Shown here one piece after another: positions 1-11,478 of a stretch of DNA of 64,000 nucleotides; positions within the stretch are counted from its first letter, which is position 1, and each line of letters starts with the position of its first letter. Under the pieces are notes generated by a model. That model worked only from the letters and a program-made list of their open reading frames with translations. It ran no database searches and had not been told where the DNA came from. Location: NCBI GenBank assembly GCA_002104945.1, contig MCFH01000064.1:124001-188000 (forward strand), in the 5' to 3' direction. The translations under genes and the position numbers were made by a program. The stretch comes from Piromyces finnis finn (lineage: Eukaryota > Fungi > Neocallimastigomycota).

Positions 1-582
1 ATAATCAGAATATAATGGCTTAATATTATAAATTAAATAAAGTAGTTTTAGGTAAAAAAAAGATCTTTAATTATTACGTTTTGAATTTTTGTTAAAGTCA
101 AAGGAAAAGCTCTTTATAAATAATTACTTTTTACTTACCAATGATATTAGTTCGTTCTCTGGTGTTGTACAAGTGTCAATGGATGAGGGTATAAAGGAGT
201 CAATTATTTTTTTTGATATAAAAGGTTTTAAATCTACAAAATAATCAGAAAACCTTCCACTATAAATAACATCATATGCAACTAAATCAAGATTTTCATC
301 ATTATCATTTTTTTTTACTGAATATTTTAAGTAGGAATCTAATTTATTTGCTATTTCATCTGAAGTTAAACTTGTATTAGCATTATTTAATATATTTAAC
401 TCTAAAGAAATATCTAAAGATTGTTGAATAGAATACTCATTAAATCTTTTTACTAATTCAGTGTAATAGTTATCCGTATCTGAATATGTGAATGCGTATA
501 ATACAAGATTTGTATTATTAGCTATAATTAAATTAATCAGAGTAAATATAATTAATAAATAAATGTATTTATCATTTTTCAT
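1..582 (-). CDS. Secreted solute-binding protein (periplasmic-binding-protein type II / SBP_bac-like), 5' part only; gene runs off the left edge
   Basis: Exon 1 (582..139) encodes a hydrophobic signal peptide (MKNDKYIYLLIIFTLINLIIA) then 'FNEYS..LDISLEL..LDLVAYDVIYSGRFSDYFVDLKPF..LISL'. A GTAAGT donor at 138 splices to an AG acceptor at 19, and exon 2 (18..<1) reads PLYSDY. This completes the typical SBP 'L-P-x-x-x-D-(F/Y)-G' segment, also seen in the 4675 gene. Confidence 0.75.
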
Positions 583-3500
583 TTTGTCCTATATTTATTT
601 TCTTTTTAATCAGGGCCTGAGTAAAATATACAATGATTTCTTTATACTTTTTTGAATTTTATAATTTAAAAAAAAAAAAAAAAGTTAGATTAAATTAAAA
701 TTTAAAAATTAATGCTTAATTACTCATAATTAAAAAGTAAAATAAAAAATAGATATTCGCTTTATTTTAATTCTTCAAAATATCAGAAAAAAATTGTTAA
801 GGAAGAAGTTCTTTAACATGTATATAATTAATATTTTACTAATAATTATATTGATTCCTAGTTTTATAAAGATTTTTAGTAAAATATTCTAAGAAAATAA
901 TTAGAAATTAATTTTAATATTAATATTTTGTTTTCATTAAAATTATAATATGGTCAATTTTTTTTATAATTTAACATTTTGATAATTTTTACTAATTAAA
1001 ATAATTGTTAAAAAGATGTAAAATAACGTTAATATTAATCCTTTAATCTTTTAATTATTAATAAGAATTTTAATGAAACTATTTTAATACTATTATATTA
1101 TTAGTGTATTTATCTTCTAATAAATAATCCATCATCAAATTATTAAATCAATTATGAATTTAATTTGATATTAATTAATTTTGAGTAACATATTACTACA
1201 TAAATTAAAGTTTATTAAGTAATAAATGTTTTAACATTCATAAAAAATAAACATAATTATGATAAATTAAATGAATTATACTAATTTTTATTTTTATTTT
1301 TTAAACTTTACAATATCATAGAGCAATTATGAATAAAATATTTTTTTTTTTTTGAATTTCCTATTATATGAATTTATAATTTATAAAAAAAATATTAATA
1401 TTCAACTTTTAAAACTTAATACTTATGAAGCATTATTCATTTAAAATTTATAAATGAATAAACTGTTCAATTAGAAAATAATAAATACATAATTTTAATT
1501 TTTCATTAATAAATCAAATCTTTAAATTTTTAAATAATAAATATTTTTATATTTTCATTTTTATAAGAAAATGATTCATTATTTAATTTATATATAAAAC
1601 ATAAATGATAATAGGAATAATATAGGTTGAATCACTACCACCCTCAATTCTTTAAAGTTAAAATTTGAATTATATATATAAATAATTCAATTATATTATT
1701 ATTATTATTTGTAGTAGTCAAGTAATGTTTAAACTAATTAAGAATTTTTAATAATACTTGTTCCAATCCAATTTACATTAATATATATCTTTGTTACTCA
1801 AATTATGAATAATATATTTAGTATATTCCGTTTGCTAACTTTTTATTTATTTATTGTATTTAACGAATGAATTGAGTTTTATTATTAAAATTCAATTTTA
1901 GAATTAAAATAAATGAGAAATGTGTACTATAAATTATATTCTATTTATAGAAATTAAAAGATATTTGTTTATAAAATAATTATAAAATGCTATAGAATAA
2001 AGAGTAAAGAAAGATAAATACATTTTATCTTTATAGCAACATTTTTAAATAATTATTCCAATTATTTGAAATAATGGGATATCTTAGAAAATATAATTAT
2101 TACTAAATATAAATGACATATTTGCTTTTTTTTTATTTGTTTAAACATCTTTAACTAATAGTAATATCTATATTTTTGGAACATTAATATATTGAAAAAC
2201 CAATAAAATGAATTATATTATATAAAAAATAATAAACTAAATGTTTGAAAAAAAAAAAGAAAAATATAAAACATTTATGATAAAATATAGGAAAAGATTT
2301 TAATATATGTCAAATAAATATATATTTATAATTTAAAAATTTTAGAATTTTGGTTTAGATTATTTTTGAGTATTAATAGTCCAGTATTACTATTAATAAT
2401 TGAAGTAGTAAAACAATTTATATTAGAATTAAAACTTTATATGAATAATTTATTTTCATTGATTAAAAAACAAAAAAAAAAAAATAAAATATTTACTCAT
2501 AATTTAATATCATATACTATATTAAATAAAATTCTTTAATTAAGATTTTAAACATTAAATTCTATAGAAAATAAAAATAATCTTTTTTTTTTCTTTCTTC
2601 CTTTAGCATTATATTTACTCCTTAAAAAATATTCTAAAATCATACATAATTTAAAATCTTTTTATGTTTCATTTCTTTACATGAAATTGAAAATGAAACA
2701 AATTTATACTAATTATATCAAAAAAATTTTAAAAAAAAAAGTAACTATAAAAGTATAACAAAAAGTTTTTTTAAATAAACAAAATGAAAATAATTATTTT
2801 TTGTATAATAAAGAAAAGTTAAACTTTTTTAAAATTACTAATAATTATTTATTCATTAATTATATTTTCCAAAAAAATTTATTGGTAATAATACTTAATT
2901 TATTTTAATTAAAAAAAGTATTTTTCTAATTAAGGTTATTAGAATTCGACCTTGTGTAATAATATATTATAGAATTGGTTGAAACATATTGATGAAAGTC
3001 AATTATATATAGAAATTTAATTTATTTAAATGAAAAATTTATTAAAGATAATAAGAAATGTTTTACTAATAATTTAGGTTTAAATTCAAAAAAGATTTTG
3101 TTTTAAATCCATCATCTACAATTTAAGTTTAAAGTTCAATATATAATTATTAATTTGTTAACAAAAATATTAATATTATAAAAAATTATAAATGATAAAA
3201 ATAAATAATACATTATCATTGAAAAGATGTAAATATGCAAATCTTTTTTTTAATTTTAAGTATTTTTATATTTATGAGGTATAATAAATTGTATAATATT
3301 TAAATAATAAAGGAAAATAAAATATTTCCTATAGTAATTATTAAAATTGTATTGAAATTTTTTGTATTTACAGTTTTATGCTTGTCCTACTTTTATGTTT
3401 TTAATTTTATTTAGTTTTTTTTAATAAAAGATTTTTAATGTATCATTATACATAAAATAATAATTATTTAATAAAACTTTCTAAATAATATTTCTTTTAT

Positions 3501-4674
3501 TTTTTCTATTTAATAAAGTTTATATCAATTAAGCTTTAATAATAATATTATTATTATTAAACTTTTATATTACATAATAAATAATGTGTAATATAATGAA
3601 TTTAAGATGAATTAATTGAATTGGATTGTAATATATTAATTCTAATGGTTGTCTTTTTTTTTAAATATAAAAATTATTTAATTATGTAAATTAGTTTTAC
3701 TTATTAAAATAAATAATTAAACCTATGATATTCTATAAATTTTATTAATGTTATATAAAATATAAAATTTATCGTGACAAATATATTGAATAATGCTAAA
3801 ATAATCATTTTTAAATTGATTAAATTCTTTAATATATTTTCATTATTTAAAATTTTATATAATGTTATATCCAATAGTGTAAATAGAATATCAATTATTA
3901 TACTATATATAATTAATATAATTGTTATATGATCATCATTAAAATTATAATAATTGGAGTTTGGAATATTAAAACTTTAAACCTTTTTTATATTAATTTC
4001 ATTTATTTTTTTTTTAATTTTATTGTGTTATATTTTAATATTTGTTTAATTTTTTAATATTTATACTAATATTTAATCAGATAAACAAAAATTATATATA
4101 TAATTAAATTTCTTTCTTGGTTAAATACTTTAAATATTTTTTATTTTGTAGTTTTAGAAAGAATATATTTTATCTTTTATTCTAGTTTTGTTAAAACAAT
4201 TCAATATAAAAGAATAATAAAAATTAATTCGAATAAGTAAAAAATTATAAATAAAAAAGCTAAAATATAAAAATAATATAAAGTATATATAATTCAAAAT
4301 ATGAAATATCATTTTAATGATAGGTATTATTAAGAGAAATTAAAAAAAAGAGTCATTAAAAATTAACACTGGAAATATAACAAATATATTGTTATACATA
4401 AATAACAAATTTTAAAAAATATAACTCAAATATTCCATTTTATAAAATAGGCAATATTTGAATATATTTTAGTATCCCTTATAAAATTGTTAAAATAAAA
4501 AACAAATTCAATAAAAAAAAAAAAAAATAAAATACAACAACAAAAAAGAATACTGTTAATAATTTTAAATCAATTATTATAATGATGAAATTCTTCATAT
4601 TTATAGTAATTTTAATACTTTGTAAGAATAGAATAAATAATATATCAATAATAGTAGCATATAAATTGATATTA

Positions 4675-7353
4675 ATGATTATTTATATTTTTTTTATTTT
4701 AATTATAGTTAATACTATAAATGCACAGAAGAACATAAAATTATGTGCATGGAATATTTTTGAAAGTTTTACTACTGCTATTAAAAGTACATATGATAGT
4801 GGCTTTAATATACCTGGTATAAATCTTTCTGTTGAACCAAATGAGTTTTGGGAAAATGGTGTTGTGTCATTAACAACATATAATTGTGATATAATAATGA
4901 TAGATCCAATATGGATATTATCTCCAGATTTAAATAAAAATATGCACAATTTAACACCATATGTTAAAGATGAGATTGATAAAAGAATTGCATCTGATCC
5001 TTCTGGTATATATGGGGATATAATGGAAGATAATAAACTTGTAATAAATAAAGAAACAGAAAAAGAAATATATGGTGTAGTAAGTATAAAATAAAATATA
5101 AATTTTTAGGAATAAAGTTACAAAATCATTAATTTATCAATTTTCGATAACTAGCCTTTCATACTTGATTTTGGAGTACTTTATTATAATTTAAATGAAT
5201 TAGGAAGTAATTCACCAGCAAAAACATGGCAAGAATTAGAACAATGGGCCGAAACAGCATCAATATCAGTAAATAATGATTTATTTAATAGAAAGGCTAA
5301 ATATGGTGCTCAATTTACAGGTAAAATTAATTATTACATACAATTTATTATTACATAAATTTAAAAATTATTAATTAAAATCTTCTTTATTAATAAATTT
5401 TGAATATTAGAATATAAAGAATACTATTATAACTTTGTAGAAGCTGCAGCTAATTATGGTGATAATGACCAATTTACTTTATTTGAAAGTGAAGCAAAAG
5501 GTGCTGTTGATACTTTTACTAATTTATTTGATAATGATATTCTTAATGGTTGGTGAAAAATTTTTTTTAATAATTATTTTATTAATTAAATTCGATGATG
5601 ATAATTTACTAATCTCTTTTTTTAAATAATCAAAAAAATAGAAAAAGCATGGAATCAAAATACACAATTAATGGAAAGCACATTTTGTAATGGGGATGTT
5701 ATAAATATGAGAAATTGGTCAGTTTTTTACCAATATATGAAAAATAAATGTCAATCAATTAATTTTGGAATAACAAAAGTTCCAAAACATGAAGGAAGAA
5801 AAGGTGAAACAAAAACATTAGTAAGAAGTATTTCAATAGCAATGACCAAGTTAGTAAATGAAGAAAGTATACAGGACGTTGCAAAATTAATAGAAGTTAT
5901 TACATCAGAAGATTTTATGAGGAAATTAATGATTGATATGAATTTCAAGGAAATACCTCCATATACTAATTTAATAACTAATAATCAAGATTATTGTAAA
6001 AAAGTTGATTGTAATTTCTACAACGATCTTATGTCAAGCCTATTAACAAAACCGATTGGTCGTTTCAATAAAGATATTCATTTCAATGATATTATTAAAG
6101 AAAGTTATGCTAGCATAAAAGAACATTACAAGAATAAAAAAAGTGATAGTGAGATTATAAATAAATTATATTCATTTTTTGATGATAGATATATAAGATG
6201 GTCTGATATGACAGCTATTGTGATTGGAAGTATATCCGCTATTGGCATAGTTGTTACAATTGTTATATTTATTATTATTCTTAAAAATAAAAATGCACTT
6301 GTTATTCGTAGATCTTCACCACTTTTCTTATACATAATGTTAATTGGTATATTAATTTCCTTTGGATCTGTTCTCACTTATATTGGAAAACCATCGGATC
6401 TCATTTGTACTATTCGACCAATAATACTTGTATTAGCTTTTGGTTTATCATTTTTAGCATTGTTTATTAAGACCTTCAGAATTAAGGTTATTTTTGATAA
6501 ATCGGATATTAAAGTTCAAGATAAATATTTATTAATTTATAGTGGAACTATTCTCCTTATTGAACTTATTGTGGTAGGATTATGGACGTACTTAGATAAA
6601 ATGCAACCAGATGTTGTATATGTTAAAACAAATATGCATTATTATACTTGTAGAAATAATGGAAAACTTGGTCCTTACTTCCAATTGGCTTTAATTGTTA
6701 TTAATGCTATTATACTTTTGTATGGATGTTATTTAGCAATTAAAGTTAAAGATGTATATTCCGATTACAATGAATCTAAGGTTATTGGTTTATCAATTTA
6801 TGGTATTATGATCTGTATGATTGTACAATTGATTATTTCTTATAATAATAGTCTAGGTCATACTGTTATATTTATTATACAATCTTTAATGATAATATTA
6901 TCAGCAGTAATTTTACTAATGTTTATGTTTATTCCGAAGTTTTGGAAGTTACATATGACTGGTTCTTCTGCAAATCAATCATCTGGTAATAAAAACTCAT
7001 CTAACAGATTACCAAATAGTAATAATAACCAAAATGGTTCTTATTCAACAAAATCAGAAAAGAATGGATATATTAATATGCAAAATGTGGAAAGTGATTA
7101 TTATAATAACTTGGCTCAAATCAATCAAATGGGAAATCCAATGGGAAATTCAATGGGAAATTCAATGGGAAATTCAATGGGAAATTCAATGGGAAATTCA
7201 ATGGGAAATTCAATGATGGGTCAAAGAAATAATTATTATAATAATATGAATAGTTCATCAGAATCCCTTGGAAATTATTACAATAATGGTTCTAATTCAT
7301 ATAACTATAGAAGTAATTCAAAACCAGATATGTACTCTCAATATGGTTATTAG
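4675..7353 (+). CDS. Class C (7tm_3, GABA-B-like) GPCR with N-terminal type II solute-binding domain; 4 exons
   Basis: Exons 4675..5079, 5155..5320, 5411..5548 and 5642..7353 splice in frame (GT-AG). An alternative in-frame start exists at 4582. The SBP part has 'YGV|PFILDFGVLYYN..PAKTWQELEQ' and 'FCNGDVINMRNWS'. The 7TM part has class C hallmarks: 'IRRSSPLF', 'KTFRI', the ECL2 Cys in 'YYTC', 'YNESK' and 'FIPK'. Confidence 0.85.
7129..7212 (+). repeat. Coding 12-bp tandem repeat (ATGGGAAATTCA) x6 plus one variant, encoding MGNP(MGNS)6
   Basis: Read directly in the GPCR C-terminal tail. Confidence 0.95.
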
Positions 7354-7719
7354 AAAATTGAAACTCAAAAAATGCATATCTAAAAATTAAAAAAAAAATG
7401 TAAAATATACTGTATGTTAAAGATTTATAAATAGAAAAAAAAAAATAGAAATTTAAAAAAAATATAAAAAAATAAATTTACAATAATTTTATTTTGAAAA
7501 TATTTATTCTTAAAAAAAATTAAAGATATAAACTTATTTATTTATTATAATATAGATATATAAAATAAAAAAATTAATAAAATTATATAATATATAAAAC
7601 ATATAAAACATGAATAAAATAGATATATAATAATAGTTAATAAATCTACTATTTGTTTTTTTTTTTTTTTTTATAAATATAAATTTGTCAATTGAATCTT
7701 TATTAATAAATGATTTAGT

Positions 7720-7935
7720 AAAGATTCTTCCCTTTAATTAGACAAAAATTTTTAAGTCAGACTTAAACCAGACTTATTAAAAAGTTCTAGATAAAAAAAT
7801 GGGTGAGAGATCTTATCTGTAATCATTAATTAGAAAAGATCCAGTCAGTGAAAAATCTAAGTAAGTCCAGTTATACGAGATCTAGTACAATTTCCCTTTT
7901 TTCAGAGGGGCCAAATCTTCCCCTCAAAAAATGAG
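7720..7935. other. GC-elevated, palindrome-rich non-coding island; possible transposon end or relic
   Basis: Contains a 17-bp palindrome TTTAAGTC-A-GACTTAAA (7751-7767), repeated AAGTCNG/CAGACTT words, and a GAGGGG/CCCCTC hairpin (7905-7925). It lies between the GPCR 3' end and the PHD gene start and has no ORF. Confidence 0.35.
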
Positions 7936-8840
7936 AAAGTTTAATACATTCAAATAAATTACCACAAAATGCTTTATATAAACCATAACAATATTATAGT
8001 CAAATTTTCTAATAATGAAGATGATTAGTTATTAATTTAATTCTATATATTTTTTTCTTAGCTTTATTATTTGTTAAAATAGTTATTAAAAAATAACTAC
8101 ATTATTATTTTAATTTTATGTTTAAAAAATATTTAACATTAAAATCAGTATCTTTATAATTAAGAATATAAAGTTTTTAAAAGTTAAACCTAATAAATTA
8201 TCTATAAAATTTCTATTTAATATATAAACATCCAATTATTATTTACACATAAAATGAGAAAATTTCTATAATTTCAATATAAAAGAAAAATGAAGTTAAT
8301 TTTTTTAGAGATTTTTTTTTTTTTTAATTATAAAATATTAAATTATTTTTTATAATATTTTAATATAAATGGATGTTAACATTTATATTCTCATATGTAT
8401 ATTTTATATCCATATACCTAATAAGTTAAATTAGAATTATTTTAAGGCTTAATAAGATTATATTTGAAAATAATAGAAGGAATTATACATTTTTAATATT
8501 ATATATATATTATAAAGTGTAATAAAAAAATATATTTCGATATAATATTTAATAATCAATTATAAATTCTAATGAAAAAAAATTTAAATATAATAATTTA
8601 TTAAAATAAAAAAAAATTTTACAAAAAGAATTTAAAAAATTTTTTCTTAAAAAAATTTTTAAAATATAAAATATATATACTTTCTTTTAGAAGAAAGGAT
8701 ATATTAATAATTAATAATCAATTGTGAACATTCTAAAATATATAAATTTGATATAAAAGAATAAAAGTATAAATTTTGAATAACTAAATCAATAGAAAAA
8801 CTTCTTTTTTTTATTATAATTAAATTTCTAATAATTATAA

Positions 8841-9011
8841 ATGTCAAAAGAAATAGACACTTCTACAAAAAAGGTAATTTAATAATTGAATATATACTTT
8901 AAAATCTAATTAATTAAAAGTTCCCATTGTTAATAATAAGATTATATGAATTAAAATAATATACTAAAATATTAAAGGATATTTGCGTAGAATGTGGAGG
9001 TATTTTTTTTC

Positions 9012-9078
<67 letters not shown>

Positions 9079-11411
9079 AAAATAATAAATTCAATTATAA
9101 AAATATTAAATTTATATAAATATTTTATTTGTTTAGAATCATATTCTGTAAATGAAAACCTTCAGGATAAAGAAGTCCAGAATTTATGTCAAAAGTAATA
9201 TATATATTCATATCTAAAATATTTAATTATGTTAAATTAAATTTAACAAGTATGATTTTCTTATTATAATATATTTTTCACTAATAATAAAAAGATGTAC
9301 AGAATTGAGTAAAATGGTAATAAGAAAATTTATATTATGTAAATTATAAATCAGTATATAAAATATTTTTTTAATTTTTTAAATAATTTATAAAATAAAA
9401 TTCAATTGTTTAATGTCATTGTTATTATGTATCAAAATAATTAATAATAATTAATAATATTTAATTAATCAACATTAAAATCATACAATACAATATGAAA
9501 TAATTTAAAGAAATGTATATGTTGCCCTTTAATAAATAAGCCATGTAGAAAAACAGATACTGGTGATTTTATACATGTTTTATGCGCAAAAATAAATCCT
9601 TTTACTAAAAAAATAACGAAAGATGTAATATATATGAAACCAAACAGATGGCCAAAAAATAAAGTTAAATGTTATGTTTGTAATAAATTAACAGGATATA
9701 TAATTAAATGTAGTCATTTAGAAAAATCAAATAAATGTAACAGGTAAATATCTAATTTAAATAATATAAAAAGACGAAATAAAATAATATAAATTTATAT
9801 TAATTAAATACATTGCTCAACATGCCAATTTATAAAAAAAAAAAAAAGATATTTTCATGTTCCTTGTTTAATTGAAAGTGGTGTTATTTTTGAAAGTGAA
9901 GATTATTCTATTGATACGAAATTTTTTTGTAAATTTCATTCATCTGCAAAAAAAGATGTAAGAACAAAAAGGAAAAGAAATAGAATTATAGATGAAGATG
10001 AATCATACACCGAAGAGGATGAGGAATCAATGGAGGAGGAGGAGGAAGAAGAAAATGAAGAAAATGATAAAAGTTGGGTTGAAAGTATTAAAGATGATGA
10101 AACAGAAGATACTGAAGGTTCAGACATTGGTTTAGGATCCCTTGTAGAAAGAAGAGAAAGAAAGAAAAAGAGTAACATATTAAATAAAAGACAGAAGATT
10201 AAAACTGAAAAGGTTTATATTTTTTTTAATAGTAATATATAATATAATGAAAAAATGAAAAAAAAAAAATATTTATATAAATATTTTAAATATATCATTT
10301 TATATTTATTACTAAACTAAAAGGATAAAGAAGATTATATAGAGTAATAAGAGGCTTAAATAATAAGAATATAATAATTAAAATAATATCAAATTATGAA
10401 TAGATATTAATAATGATTATATACTGAATTTTATACATTTTAGGAAAAAAGAACAGGAAAAATCATTGAATAATTATTTAAATGATTATGTCATGGAGCA
10501 AAAACAATTTATAAATGATTTGGAAAATTTTTTACAACGTATTACAAATAATATAAATGAAATATAAATAAATATTGATTAATTATAAAATTATTAACTT
10601 TTTAATAATTCTTTAACAATAAATAGCATATATAAAATCAAAAAAGCCAATAGTAACAGAACAAAAAAGTTTAAATAATGAAAACATTTCAGAGATAGTT
10701 AAATTAGAAAAAAAACTTAAAGATTGCGAATTATTAATTGAAAAAACGAGGATTGATTATCAGATGGAATCTAAATCAAATAGTCAATATCATCAAATTA
10801 TAGATATTTTAAATAAAGAAATTAAGCAATTTAATAATAGTTACATTAGAATAAAAGAAGCTTGGTTTGAAATATTAAATTCATTTGAACTTATACCATT
10901 TTGTGGCTTGAAACCTGGACAAGCATTTGATATAGACTATGCCGAAGATGTATTGTATTTTATCAAAAATAAATTATCACAAGATAAAAATCAATCACAA
11001 TTTTGCAGAAATGTAATTAATAATACTTTAAATAATGGGAATAACAATTCTAATAATGGAATTAATAATAATAACAATCGCAATTATAATATCAACAATA
11101 ATAACAATAATAATTACAAAAATAGAAATAATATTAATATTAATAGAAATAAGAATAGTAAAATATACAATTTTAATAGCAATACCAACTCTGTTAATTT
11201 CAATAACAATAAAAATAATGATAACAATAAATTGAATAAAAATAATTCAATAATGATAAGTAATAGACCAAATAACAAAATGAATATAGCAACTAATAAA
11301 AATGAAAAAGGAAATGAATTCAACAATATTAATAATAATAATAATACCAATACTAATAACAATAATAATAGCAATACCATTACCACTACTACTAATAATA
11401 CTACTAATACT

Positions 11412-11478
<67 letters not shown>

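Noticed and set aside
7129-7212. Possible CRISPR-like or regulatory direct-repeat array
   Set aside because: Spacerless 12-bp in-frame coding repeat in a eukaryotic gene; the same applies to the 48-bp and 65-bp repeats.
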